DNA of 64,000 bases, taken from assembly GCF_032444005.1 (NCBI RefSeq), contig NC_091287.1:317440001-317504000 (forward strand), read 5' to 3'. Below are positions 12,042 through 25,842 of this stretch, piece after piece; the stretch's first letter is position 1, and every line of letters starts with the position of its first letter. The position numbers and the translations under genes were made by a program. The stretch is from Ranitomeya imitator. Its lineage: Eukaryota. Under the pieces are notes generated by a model. The model saw only the letters and a program-made list of their open reading frames with translations. It was not told the DNA's origin and made no database searches.

Positions 12042-12381
12042 GCCAAGGTTCACATTGCGTCAATGGCAATGCGCTGACTGCATCCGTTACACAGCGGCAC
12101 TAATGCAATGTAACGGATGCTTCAGCGCACCCATTGACTGTCATTATGTAGCGCATCGCTAACACATGTCATAATCGGCATGCGTTATCGATATGCCGTC
12201 ATTCTGTGACGGACCCTCGGACGTGGTCTGCAGCTTTTCCGGGTCCGTCACCGCTAGCATAGGTGGAGCATCTGCGCTATCACCATCGCATAACGCGATC
12301 TTTCAAAGGCACTAGTGTTGGTGCTGTCCGTTTTTAACGCATGCGTTGAACGGACTGCAGCAACGCAATATGAACCCTGCC
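12042..12381. mobile_element. Harbinger-type MITE
   Basis: TIR GCCAAGGTTCACATTGCGT / ACGCAATATGAACCCTGCC; flanks TTA/TAA. Confidence 0.7.
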
Positions 12382-13724
12382 TAAGTCCAGTACGAGGTGA
12401 CTACTTGGGTTAATCTCAGGTAGAGGTCAGTCAGGTGACTGATTATCTTAAATTGTGCTTTATTCCATTATTGTTAATGTCTCCAATGCTGCTGTTAAAA
12501 AGTAATCTTTTCTAATGTCGTATTCATACTCAGCAGGCACTTTGATTGCTTGCAAATCCGTGGGGGTCCGAATCCTGAGTCCCCTCGCTGATGGCTTAAT
12601 AGACCCATGAACAGTGCACTGCTCCTGTCTGAGCACACACACACTTAGGATTTAAAGGGACTGTCAGCACAGAGTGACAGTCCAAACCAAGTACAGGCGC
12701 TCGGTGCTTCATGGCGACCAATCATTTATATACACATTCCCACATGCTTGGTTTCCATCTATCTCCACCCTTCTCTGGCTCTATGAAGCCAGAGCTGGCA
12801 AAGAGGTTGGTGGAGATTGAGGGAAAAGAAGCAGGTGGACAGGTATATAAATGATTGGTCCCGCTGTGCAACGCCAAATGCCACATCCTACCCTACCTCC
12901 ACCATTGATTAGTAGCTTTTTGTCAATACAGAATGTACACAAAAAGCTGCCTATAATAAGTGCTGTGCACGGGGTTATACATGGCTCACCATTCTTTTAG
13001 CTCTGCTACAATTTGATTTTGCATGGTATACATTTTCTTTTGTTCAGTTGTTGCATAGTATTGTCACCAATTGCTATTACGGTAGATTAAAAAAAAAAAA
13101 AATAGTCCAAATATAGGCCAGAAAAAACTTGACACCTTACGGTATAGGATTTTAGTTTTTAAAAATGTAAATAAATATATTTATATGTATCATTACATAA
13201 TTCACAATTAAATGGTTGCATTAAGTTCTCCAGAGAAGGTGCCTCCCTTAGAGCATGTGCTCATGAAGTGGCATACCCACAGAGTTTTGCAGGCTGAACC
13301 ATTGTTTTCCTGAAGTGTCTTTTTTGTTGTCTGTCTTGTCACTCTTTACAGTGGCTTAGCCGCCTGCTATTTTAAAAAAACTTTTTTCTTTTTTTAGAGT
13401 ACAGAAACAATTAAGGGAATCTACCATTTGCTTTGCAACGCTGACCTCTCATCCAATTCTACACCCTAAGGTGCTCTTTCCATAACCTAGTACTAGTGGC
13501 AGTGCTGGTGCGGCTCTGATTAGGGATCCAGCTCCTGGACTTCGGTCACTAGCAGCAATGGAAACCCCTCTTCCTGCCACCATGTCTGGAATACATGTAA
13601 CCATATTGCTTACTTAAGGTCGAGCAGCTCCTTGCTAACCCTGGCAGGGTAGCGAGTCCTCAAGGCGCCATCCACTTTTTATGTTTATACAATTGTAAAA
13701 CGGTGCATAAATTAATTCTTTATA

Positions 13725-14516
13725 ACTGCTCCATGCAGTTCTTTATTTCCCCCATAGATGCCCCATATAATGCTCCATATATAATGCCCCATGCAGTTCT
13801 TTATAGCCCCATATAATTCTCCATATATAATGCCCCATGCAGTTCTTTATGGCCCCATAAATGCCCCATATAATGCTCCATGCAGTTATGGCCCCATAGA
13901 TGCCCCATATAACATTGTGCTACATGTAATGCTGCTGAACTAAAAAAAAAAATGACATACTCACCTCTCGTTGCTGCCGGCTGCTCCTCAGCGTCCCGTC
14001 TCTCTGCACTGACTGTTCAGGCAGAGGGCGGTGCGCACACTAATACGTCATCGCGCCCTCTGACCTGAACAGTCACTGCAGAGGACGCGGAAGACGGAGC
14101 ATCGGTGGAACACGGAAAGGTGAATATGACATATTCACCTGCTCCCGGCACTCCTGACGCCGTCCCTGCCTGTCCCACGGTCTTCGGGCGCCTGCAGCTT
14201 CTTTTTGTAGTGAGCAGTCACATTGTACCGCTCATTACAGTAATGAATATGCGGCTCCACCCCTATGGGAGTAGAGTCCATATTCATTACTTTAATGAGC
14301 GGTACAAGTGACCGCTGAACAGGGGAAGAAGCTGCAGGTGCCCGAAGACCGTGGGACAGGCAGCGCCGGGAGCAGGTGAGTATTTGATAGGCGTCGCTCC
14401 CGCTCACCCGCCGAAACCCCCTTCCCCGCCTTACATGACTCGAGTATAAGCCGAGAGGGGCACTTTCAGCCCATTTTTTGGGCTGAAAATCTCGGCTTAT
14501 ACTCGAGTATATACGG
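13725..14516 (-). mobile_element. Truncated Tc2/pogo-like non-autonomous element with internal tandem repeats
   Basis: Ends TTATACTCGAGTATATACGG|TA. Inverted homolog of 18086-19347; the other TIR is missing. Confidence 0.75.
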
Positions 14517-15324
14517 TAATTGCTCTGTGTGGTTCATCCTCCTGTATAGACAGGACTCTCAATGCCGAGAACCATGGCAGCTTATGCACACTGAGTGATC
14601 TAGTATAGATCACCGCTCAGTGCACAATTTTTGCTTTGATCTGCTTGCCTCAAATGACCGCCTAACGATATTGTTGTCTCATGCCGCCGGTCGGTCAACT
14701 TTGTCACTGGACTCGTATGCATACAAAGAGCAGGGATTTCACTGTGTATAATGCAGTCTGATCAGCACTTTCTGCTGGTAACATCCTTTCTGTACATCAG
14801 ACACCATCCTCATCATGATAGTTTCCCTTTAATTGTGGATACTATTGTCCATTTAGACAATTTATTTTTCCCTAGTACGTCTAGTGCGTTATTTGCATTC
14901 ACAAGTAGGTTTGTTCTTGCTGTCAGGCCTTTACTGTGGTTAGTGAGAAATAGTGTAGACGTGTCTCTGGATGATAAGCCATGTTGTAATATTGTGCAGA
15001 TTAGAAAATATAATGTGATAATATTGTGTATTGATTACCATTTCATTCTGCATCCTTTCCATAAGTGCTTCTCGTCTCAAGTCTTCACTGACTCAGCTGC
15101 CTCACTCGTCAAGTTCATGCTCTAACTCCCTTTACATTAATCATGAAATGTAAATGAGAATATTTGACATATGCAAATAGAACATTCTGTCTTTAGAGCA
15201 GGGAACACCATTTGCATGATGGCCTCTTTAGGGTATACATAGCATCCAAACAGTGAAGTTGCAGTAATTTATAAAGTATCTAGAAAAGGATTCAAGGCAC
15301 CAGGAATATATTATTGCATGAAAA

Positions 15325-15390
15325 ACCATAAGTATTCGATCACCTACCAACCAGCAAGAATTCTGACTCTCACAGACCTGTTAGTTTTTA
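15325..15390 (+). mobile_element. Short Tc1-like element 5' fragment
   Basis: aagtattcgatcacctaccaaccagcaagaattctgactctcacagacctgttag resembles Tc1 subterminal sequence (from recollection, not a search). Confidence 0.4.
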
Positions 15391-15395
15391 TTTAA

Positions 15396-16640
15396 CCCCT
15401 TAAAGACCAGAGGTATTCTTGATTTAGCATTTTCAATTTTTGCTCCCCTTCTTCCCAGAGCCATAACTTTATTTTTTGGTCAAAATGTCCATGTGAGGGC
15501 TTGTTTTTTGGGGGACGAGTTGTAGTTTTGAGCCACACCATTGTTTTTCACAATTTTAAAATTGTAATAAAAAAAAAAGTTGTCCCACAGTTTTTTTTTT
15601 TTTTTTTATTTATACCATGTTCACTAAATGCTAAAACTGACCTGCCATTATGATTCTCCAAGTCATTATGAGTTCATAGACACTAAACATGTCTAGTTTT
15701 TTTTTTATTTAGATAGTGAAAAAAATTCCAAAATTTGTAAAAGAGGGAAAAAAAAAAAAATTGCGCCATTTTCCAATACACATAGCGTCTCCATTTTTCA
15801 CGATCTTGGGTTGGGTGAGGGCTTATTTTTTGTGTACTGAGCTGATGTTTTTAATTATACCATTTCGATGCAGATACGATCTTTTAATTGCCCATTATTG
15901 CATTTTAATTCAAAGTTACGGTGACCAAAAATAACATAATTCTGGCATTTTGACTTTTTTTCTCGTTGATGTCGCCTTTGTATTGTAAGGTGACATCAAG
16001 CCCAGCTTAGTAATGGAGAGGCGTCAATAAGATACCTATCCATTACTAATCCTATAGTTGTTAAAGGGTTAAATAGCGACGCCCTCGATCTCCTGCAAAA
16101 AATAAATAAATAAATAAACACACACAAATACTCCCTGTTCTGATGTAATCCGTTTAATAACGAGTGTCCCACGACAATGTGACTGCTCTACAGGCCTCCT
16201 GCGATGCACTGACAGGAGGTAATGGCTCCTGTAGTGCATCACTGAAGAGGTCACCGGAGTTCAGGCTCTCACTTTACGGCAACGCTGCGTCAGACTTTTC
16301 TCTTTCCTTGCCGGTGACCTCTCTTCTGGCGGCAGAGGGATACATCACGGAGGATTACCTCCGCTCTGTGCATGCCGGAGGGCTTTGTAGAACAGTGACC
16401 TCTCCCAATGCCACTGTTCTACATGGGAGATCATTGTGGGGCACTCGTTATTAAATGGACTACGGCAGAAAGGTAGGTATAGGTTGGCTTATTATTTTAT
16501 TTTTGTTACAGGAGAACAAGGGCGTCGGTGGACTAGGTGATTGGTGAGTATGTACTGTATGTTGTATGATTTTTTTGTTTTGTTTTTTACTATTGAATAC
16601 ATGCATCATCTGATGGGACTACTGTCCCATTATCGGTAAT
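15396..16640. mobile_element. piggyBac-like (TTAA-CCCCTT) non-autonomous element, right end not found
   Basis: TTAA|CCCCTTAAAGACC start; body shared with 39326 and 58578; internal inverted repeat ~16130-16480. Confidence 0.6.
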
Positions 16641-17401
16641 GCTGTCACTATCATATGACAGCATTTATAGCCGGATGGGAGCAGTAGTCCCATCAGACGA
16701 TGCCTGGACCAGCACACACACAGGGACACACGCAGACAGACCGAGACACACACAGACCCGCATGCACACATACACGCAGACCCCCGCAGGCAGACACTCA
16801 CATAGTCTCCGCCTACACTCTCTTCCTCCTTCAGATCTACAGCGTTTCTCGCTTGCAACTCCACAGCAAAACTGCAGATTTTTTTTAAACCTGCGGTTTT
16901 GCTGCGGATTTGACTGAATCAATGGAAGTCAATGGGTGCAGAAACGCTGCGGAAAATAGAACGTTGCAATTCCGCACGTATTTTTCCGCAGCATGTGCAC
17001 ATCAATTCTCAATTTCCCATTGACTAACATTGGTTGTGCACTACACTGCGGATTTGATGCAATTCCGCATTTCCAAAAATTCTGCGGAAACTCCTTAGGG
17101 TCTGACACATAAGTATTTATGCACTATTTCTGCATCTTTTGACAGGAAAAACGCCGCATTTTTTTCTTGCGTTTTTAGTGCAGATTTTTCCCGCTTAATT
17201 AGTATGAATGAAATCTGCAGCAAAAGCGCTAAAATAATTGACATGCAATAGATTTAAATGTACACCAAATCTGCTAGTCACAAATAAGCAACGTGTGCAC
17301 GAGACTTCAGGATTCTCATTCACTTTGCTGGCATCAGAAAACCCTACAATTTTTGTGACATCTGCATGGAAAAAAACGCAATGTGTGCACACACAGCCTT
17401 A

Positions 17402-17789
17402 GGGTATGTGTCCACTTTCAGGATGGCCGGCTGTATCGTCGGAGCGGCTTAGCCGCTCTGCGGTAAGCCCCGCCCCATTTCTGGGACGCGATGATGCCGG
17501 ATGTGTTCATAGCACACATCCGGCATCATCGCTCCCCACCATAGGGCCCTGTGCTATATCTTGCGGCGACGCAGCGTCGCCGCAAGATATACGGACATGC
17601 TGCGATCTGAAAAGACGCGCAGCATGTCCGGAGTCGCAGGGCCGCCACGTGCGTGTTACCACGCATAGTGGAGACGGGATTTCATTAAATCCCCTCCACT
17701 ATGCTGTAACATCTGGACGCTGTGTGTCTGACGCTGCGGCTCTATGCAGCGTCAGACACGCAGCGTTTCCTGCACGTGGACACATACCC
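17402..17789. mobile_element. Harbinger-type MITE within a MITE cluster (~16840-18060)
   Basis: TIR GGGTATGTGTCCAC / GTGGACACATACCC; TTA on both sides. Confidence 0.85.
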
Positions 17790-18085
17790 TTAGGCCTTGC
17801 TCATTTGTGTCTTTGTGCTGCAAATAGAAAGCTGCTTTTTACAGTACCAACAAAAGCTATGAGATTTCAGAAATCTCATGCACACTCTTGCTTTTTTTTC
17901 GGACTGAATTGGAAAACTGCAGATTTTTTTTTTTTTAACCTTAGCATGTCAATTCTTTCAGCGTTTTTGCAGCATTTTTTCCACGCAGAGAAAGCAACAC
18001 GTGTAAAAAAGCAGTAAAAACGTTGCCATCAGTTTTTGCAGCATTTTAAGTGAAAAACGGCAGGTACATCAGAATCTGAAACATA

Positions 18086-19347
18086 CCGTATATACTCGAG
18101 TATAAGCCGAGATTTTCAGCCCATTTTTTTGGGCTGAAAGTCCACCTCTCGGCTTATACTCGAGTCATATACCCGGGTGTCAGCAGGGGAGGGAGAGTGG
18201 GGGCCGTGTAATCATACTTACCTGCTGCGGCGCGGTCCCTGCAGTCCCTGGATTCTCCGGCGCTACAGATTCTTCCTGTACTGAGCGGTCACATGGCACC
18301 GCTCATTACAGAAATGAATAGGCGGCTCCACCCCCATAGGGGAGGAGCTGCATATTCATTGCTGTAAATGATCGGTGCCATGTGACCGCTCAATTACAGG
18401 AAGAAGCTGCAGCGCCGGAGAAGCCAGGGACTGCAGGGACCGCGCCGCAGCAGGTAAGGGGAGCGCAGCGCTATAATTACCTGCTCCTCGCTCCGGCTCC
18501 GTCTGCAGCGTCCTCTAGCAGTGACGCTCAGGTTAGAGGGCGCTGTGACGTAGTCAGTGCGCGCCCTCTGCTGAGCGTCAGTGCTGGAGACGGAGCCGCA
18601 GAAGAGCAGGTAATTATTGAAAGCGCCGGCGTCCTGAGAAGAGAGGTGAGTATGTGATTTTTTTTTTTTTTTTATGGCAGCACCAGCAGCATTCTAAGGA
18701 GCACCTATGGGGCCATAATGAAAGGTGCAGAGCATTATATATGGCACAGCATTCTAAGGAGCATCTATGGGGCCATAATCAAAGGTGCAGAGCATAAATG
18801 GGGCACAGCATTCTAAGGAGCACCTATGGGGCCATAATCAAAGGTGCAGAGCATATATGGCACAGCATTATAAGGAGCATCTATGGGGCCATAATCAAAG
18901 GTGCAGAGCATATATGGCACAGCATTATAAGGAGCACCTATGGGGCCATAATCAAAGGTGCAGAGCATATATGGCACAGCATTCTAAGGAGCACCTATGG
19001 GGCCATAATCAAAGGTGCAGAGCATATATGGCACAGCATTATAAGGAACACCTATGGGGCCATAATCAAAGGTGCAGAGCATTCTATATAGCACAGTTGA
19101 ATATGGAGCATCTATGGGGCCATAATGAACGGTGCAGAGCATTATATGTGGCACAGCTTTATATGGAGCATCTATGGGGCCATAATGAACGGTATGGAGT
19201 ATCTATTTTTATTTTTGAAATTCACTGGTATCTGCTGCATTTTCTACCCTAGGCTTATACTCGAGTCAATAAGTTTTCCCAGTTTTTTGTGGCAAAATTA
19301 GGGGGGTCGGCTTATACTCGGGTCAGCTTATACTCGAGTATATACGG
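18086..19347 (+). mobile_element. Tc2/pogo-like (Tc1/mariner superfamily) non-autonomous element
   Basis: TA|CCGTATATACTCGAGTATAAGC ... GCTTATACTCGAGTATATACGG|TA. Confidence 0.85.
18680..19190. repeat. 57-bp minisatellite, about 9 copies
   Basis: Unit gcacagcattctaaggagcacctatggggccataatcaaaggtgcagagcatatatg. Confidence 0.92.
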
Positions 19348-20160
19348 TACTTATTTTTAATATTTTCCCAAGTTTAAACTAAAATGTCTTCATGACCTTA
19401 CATGAGCAAAGCAGTTATCATTATTTTAATTAACGTGTACTAATACTATGTTTAAAATAATCAAAGCCTGACCAGCTCAATTCCCTACTAATTTGTAAAT
19501 GTAAACAGTGCCTGACCAATGTATGAAATTGAGCAATATCTAACTACCGTAACTCAAATTCCTTACAAGTGTTTGACGGTAAACAATGCCCGATCAATAA
19601 AATGCACTGCCAATGTCTTATGTAAACTACGGTATGTCTGGCCAATACAACTCCCTCTGCTGTTTTAGATTTGCAATTGTCTTCTTTCATGAACTCAGTT
19701 GAACTTTTTTTTGTTCAGAATAGTCAATGGTTTTTCAGACATGAAATTTAATTTCCACTAAGTAATTTGATCAAATTGCCCTTTTTTCAAAAAATGTTTT
19801 ATGGTTTCACATATGTCTTTCATTGCTGGCCTATCATTTTGCATTGATCATGCTTGTATGGTGGAAACAAAGCTGAGCTTTGAGATCCTGAAAAATGCAG
19901 CAAAAAAAGCGGCGAAAGAGCCATCAAAACCTGCTTTTTAATTGACAAGAGATCAGGTTTTGGCTGCAGTAAAAAAGCAACATGTGAACATAGCCTTACA
20001 ATGCAGATACTTGTGCTGAATGAGCAGTATGGACATTTTCTTCACCATTTCAGTGAAAGTAGAAACTCTACTGTAGTTGTTGGCAATGCTTCCTTTCTAT
20101 CAGTTCTATACAGAGAAGAATGTAAGTCCCTATGCAGATCCTATTTACAGGAGGGTTTAA

Positions 20161-21960
20161 CTCCTTCACCCCAAAGCCTGTTTTCACCTTGATGAGCAGG
20201 CCAAATTTTTGCAATTCTGACTAGTGTCACTTTATGTAGTAATATCTCTGTTATTTAGTAATAACTCTTCAACAGATCCCAGTGATTCTGAGATTACGCG
20301 ACCTACCTTCGTTTGTGATGTCAGAAATTTGGCAAAAATTTAGCAATTTTTAAACTTAATTCTTATGCCCTTAAACCAGTTATGTCACAGAAAATAGATA
20401 ATAAATAACATTTACCACATGTCTACTTTACATCTGCATCATTTTCTTTAAACATTTTTTTTTGTTAGGAAGCTAGAACGGTTAAAATTGCTCAACAATT
20501 TCTCACTTTTCTAACAAAATTTACAAAACCATTTTTTAGGGACTACATCACATTTGAAGTGACTTTGGGGGCCTATTTGACAGAAAATACCCCAAAGTGA
20601 CACCATTCTAAAAACGGTCTCCTTCAAACTGCTCAAGATCAAATTCAAGAAGTTTATTAACTCTTCAGGTGCTTCACAGGAATAAATGCAATTTTTAATT
20701 TTCACAAGGGTAACAGGAAAAAATAGACCCCAAAACGTGTTGTGACATTTCTCCTGAATTTGCCGATACCCCTATGTGGGGAAAAACTACTGTTTGGGCG
20801 CATGTTAGGGCTCTGCAGGGAAGGAACACCGTTTGAACGTAAAAATGCCTTGAATCGAGAGTGGATGCCATGTCGCGTTTGAAGAGCCCCTGATGTGCTG
20901 AAACAATGGAAACCCCCCACAAGCGGCCCTATTTTGGAAACTAGACTCCTCAAGGAATTTATCTAGAGATGTGATGAGCAGAATTTTAGAATTTTACAAC
21001 ATTGAACTGGGAAAACGAAAAAAATGTATTTTTCCCACATTTTTTCATTTTTACAAGGATAGTAGGAGAAATTGGATCCTAAAGTGCAATTTCTCCCGAT
21101 TACATGGATACCCCATATGTGTTCAAAAACTACATTTGAGCCATAGTGCAAAGCTCCAAAGGGAAGAAGCTCCATTTTAGAATTAAGATTTTGCTGGAAT
21201 GGTTTGAGAGTGCCATGTCATTGGCAGAGCTCACGAGGTATCAGAATCCCCCATAAGTGACCCCAAACTACACCTCTAACTTAATTCATCTAGGGATGCA
21301 GTGATTTTATTGACACCACAGGTGTGTCACAGAATTTCATACCATTGGGCAGTGAATAAAAAATAATTACATTTTTACCACCAAAATTTAGTTTTTAGCC
21401 CCAGATTTTAAATTTTCACACAGGGAAATAGATAAAAAAGTCACCAAAATTTGTAACACAATTTCTGCTCAACGTGGAAATACCCAATACGTGACTGTAT
21501 AGTACTGCTTAGCAACACAGCGAGACTTGGGAGGGACAGAGCATTATTTGCCTCCTGGAGTACATATTTTCCTAGAATAGATTGCGAACTCCAAATACAG
21601 ATCCCCTAAGTGCTAGAAGAGCAGAATAGCCCCCTTAAGTGACCCCATTTTGAAAAATTATACCTCTTTGGTAATTTATTTACTCCAGCGGTGTTTTTCA
21701 GAAACAAGCAGCAGTGGATGTTGCTGAGTCAAAATTGCAAATCTGCTATTTTATGTCCCAGTACGTTGTAGTGCCCAGTACATTGTAGTACATTATGCCC
21801 TGCACGTTCTTCTGAAGACATGCACCCATAAATTAGGCAGGCTCTCATAGCTGCAGAAGTGTCAAACATGTTGACACTAAATGTGGTTTAGGCACACCAT
21901 GGGGTTCAGAAGGAAGGAGGCACTTTGATTTGGGAGTGCAGAATTTGTTACATTTCTTTT
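20161..21960 (+). mobile_element. piggyBac-like non-autonomous element, partial
   Basis: TTAA|CTCCTTCACCCC start; long similarity to 30968-32470. Confidence 0.65.
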
Positions 21961-21978
21961 AAGGGGTGTGAAGTGTAA

Positions 21979-23657
21979 GGCTGGTTTCACATTAGCGTAT
22001 CTGCGCAGCGTAATATCTGTATATGACATGCGTACATATCTTTAACATGGTGTACACAGGGATATGCTTTTGCATGCGGATGCGTACGCCTGCGTCGTTT
22101 CACTGTGTCCAGCGAACGATACATGTTGCATTTTTTTGAGGCGTCAAATATTGCGCAATCACGTGCATGCAGATGAGTGTGCGTCAAAACAACAAAGACT
22201 GTTCAAGAAAAAGACTGACAGAACTCACTTATTGGGGCGCCGGTCCGAATCCAGAGAACCATGCTGGATATTCCACATAGTCCAAAGATAAGTAAAGAAC
22301 CAGCGCTCCATCTGGGTGTTGTATTCCAAAGTAGAAAACGTTGCTGTTAACATGGCTCAATAAATTTCTACTTTGGAATACTACACCCGGATGGAGCGCT
22401 GGTTCTTTACTTATCTTTGGAAAACAACAAAGACTGTCTATGGGAGCGCATTGGTATGCAAGGACATGCGTTCGATACGCATGCGTAATTCCGAATGAGC
22501 AGGTCCTGCTGTTCTGTTGGACTACTGCCTGTAATGTAAGTATTGGTGTCCATTGTGTTTTTTTTTTTTTTGTATTTTTTTTGTTTGGCTCTTAACAAGT
22601 TTAAATTTTCTTCTGTTCTTTTCTGTAGTGTTTCACTTGACTTCTGGCATGTCCTCATGTGAAGCTTCCCAGAGTGGAGATGACACTGATTGTTATTTAT
22701 TTATGTGAAATGAAACTTTTTTTTAATTTTTGTTAATAAAAATTATTTTTTTCACAATCCCTGTCTCCCTGTGTTTTCTTTATCTCTTTATTTAAACATG
22801 TGTGTATTGTTGAGTGAAGTATTAATGGGTATTACAGTCAAGGTGTTTAGTAATTAAGTCAGCAAACATTTCAGGTGCATTTTACTTATTAGCGGCTTAA
22901 ACCACTTAGTCTTTCCTTGCCACATGTCCAATATCCAAAACAAAGTAGGCAGCAAATTTTCCCTCATTTGGGCAACTTCCACTGTAGTCCTCAAAGGGTG
23001 ATCTTGGTAATCCTGCAATTTGGTAGTAACAGGTTCCTCAGGTTCGAAGTGCTGGGTCACCAACAGACGTTCCTCAGCAGGAATTGCTCGACGTAGCTGT
23101 GTTTCCTGCCTGGTGATATATCCTCGGACACGTAGCAGCAAGTCATGGAAGCTCTGTTCCTACAGTCTCGTGTACTCGAAAAACTTCTCAGGGCTTTCAT
23201 GCAGCTCGGTGTACGAGTGGGAGGCTCCACGGCTCTCTCGGACTTCAACGATGGGGTGTTGCCAATAGCGACGACGACGTCTTCTCCGTCTTTCTCTTCT
23301 TCACGAGCCACAGTAAAGGCAACAGCCAATCTCAATGTCAAATCAAGATTAAGAATGAAGCTTTCCACGCTAAGATCCATCTTGCAGTTGGATACAGCTG
23401 CAAAAGACGATGATTCATCAGTGCAGTGTGTCTTTATATAGAAATCACATGGGACATGCCCTTTGGGTGTCTGGTGTCAAGAAAATTCTACTGGAAAAGC
23501 ATTGGAAATATCGAACACATGCGCATAAACAACGCAAATGCATGCACACAGTGTTTTTTTGGCGTCATGTGTAAGATAATGCAGATAAAAAAAAGCTGTG
23601 TAAACATGCAACATGTAAACATACGCTACGCACAGAAACGCTAATGTGAACCTAGCC
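21979..23657. mobile_element. Internally deleted Harbinger element with a transposase remnant on the minus strand (~22930-23380)
   Basis: TIR GGCTGGTTTCACATTAGCGT / ACGCTAATGTGAACCTAGCC; flanks TAA/TTA. Minus strand reads LLLRVRGYITRQETQLRRAIPAEERLLVT fused to the C-terminal DHPLRTTVEVAQMRE. Confidence 0.85.
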
Positions 23658-25842
23658 TTAGTGCTTTTCAGAGCCTAGATTTCCATTCACAAATGTTGTC
23701 CTGAGTGGGAACTTGCTTTTTTGTGGATTGAGTTGAAGCTTTAATTGGGAACATTTGAGATCGCATTTATCCGACGCTCTATGCTGAGCACTTACAATCG
23801 GGTTTACATCTAAATCTCCAAATGGCGTAATTTAGAAGACATACCCAACTGGTCCGTTCACTAATGAGGCAGCAGAATATCTCTGAACTATGTCTGTCCT
23901 CTGTTCAATGGTGTCCTTTTCAGAAGTGCACAAAACAGTGGCCGGTCCGGCACTTTTGTGCACGCCTTAAAAGATGGACACTGTTGGATCATAGGCCAGA
24001 TGGCATCCACAGTGACTTCATCTGCCTCATTATAGAGAATCTTCCATCGGGGTTTAGTCTGAACCACGTATTTCAGAGATTTACATGGAAATCCTGGTGT
24101 AAGGGCTCAACGTAGAGCGCAGGATAAGTGTTTGCCGAGCCTTACTGCAATATTTGGGAGGCAGACTGAACAAATCAAACAGCAGGTGAAGAATTGTTTG
24201 TTTTTTTAATGCAGTTCCTAGTGCGGAATAAGTGATTAGACTACCTTATTCTTTGGTTGGTGCGATTACAGTAATACCAGATTTATTTTATTTTTTTTTT
24301 TTGGGCTGTTGTCACACACTAAAATACACTTTTTTTTTTTTCTTTTCAAAAAACAGATTTTGCAGCGCCATACTTGAAACCTATAATTTTTCCTGTTTTC
24401 TGCTGACAGTCATGTGAGATCTTGTTTATTAATAGTTGAGTTGACATTTTTATTGGTGCCATTTTTGGTCACATTAGTTTTTTGGATCGCTTTCTATTCT
24501 GATTTTATTTTATTTTGGGAGGCATAATGAACAAAAACCAGCAATGCAGGAATTGTTTTTTTTTGTGTTTTTTTTTCTTTTTTCTTAATGCTACTTTTCA
24601 TGTCATAAAATAAGGCAGGTTTATTCTTTGGTCAGTATGATTACAATAATATCATATTTACTAGCTGTTTCTAGCCAGCTAACGCTCGGTACGCTCATTG
24701 CTATCTAATTTACGCTGCTGGTGATTAAAGTAAAGTTTTTAGCTGCAGCACTGGCCAAAAAACACCTGTACATGTATATATCCAAAAAGAAAAACACGGC
24801 ACTGCTCCCAGATAAAACATTGGAACCTCAGAGAACCACTGCTATGTGCCGTTGCTGGGTCTGAAACTCCGAGAGGACACCGGGTGCACTAAAGTCAGAG
24901 CAACGCATAAATCCAACAAAAAAAAGGGAAGAAAGTGCACTCACCGGTCCTTCAAAATTATATGCCTTTAATCAGAACATATGCAGGGAACTTACGGGAG
25001 AACGTGGAATGACGGACGATGGCCGTTTCGTGCAACTGCACTTCTACGGTTCTTCTTGATTCGGACCCGTAGAAGTGCAGTTGCCTATGAATTGATGCAT
25101 TCCAAGAAATTTCCAAATTTAAGATATAGAACACAAAAGTGATACATGTACAGGTAATGCACGTACTTCTAGTATAGAAACATAGTGCTTAACACGTGAT
25201 TTGTCTTGAACAACGATACCCTATGGGGCGGGGTCTAACGGTGTACGGGTATTGGAAAGGATGCTCTTTCCCTGATAACTATACCTAATGCACATGTTCC
25301 TAAATGTGGATGTTGGCACCCTAGATTGGTAATGAGAGATGGCGCCTCCTGCTCATGCGTCATCTGTCCCTAGGTTCCCTAACGTAGCCCCTAACAGAAG
25401 ACGGATAGAGTAAACGACCCCTCTTAGGCTGTATATTACTTGGTGTATTTAATGATAGAATATTGGATGCTTCTAAAAATTATGAAAAGCGCATCTCTGT
25501 TACTAATGACAGATGAATGAATGACCATCCTATGTTATACACAAATGAAATAGTGAGTCCATTCTTTATATTGATTCACCAATTATATCTACCCCAGTAT
25601 TTGCAAAGGCGCTGCACCATGAGACTTTTTTTTCATTGTGCTAGCAGTGATCTCATTGAGGTCACCACAGTTCACCGTGAGGCCTGCACTTGCTGCAGCG
25701 AGTCATTCTCCACTGCTGTTCAGCGTTAGCTGTCTCCTCCAGCCACCGCTCATGAGCAAGTATCGCACTAATGGATTACGGTGTGGGACACTCTGGATTC
25801 TTTCATCTTCAGACAGTTGAGTGAGATATTGTTTTGTATTTT

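Noticed and set aside
18785-19252. Repetitive 155-aa and 97-aa ORFs
   Set aside because: By-products of the 57-bp minisatellite in a non-autonomous transposon.
24659-24735. Possible Helitron terminus (actagctgtttctagcc...)
   Set aside because: Too short, and no partner end or hairpin could be identified.
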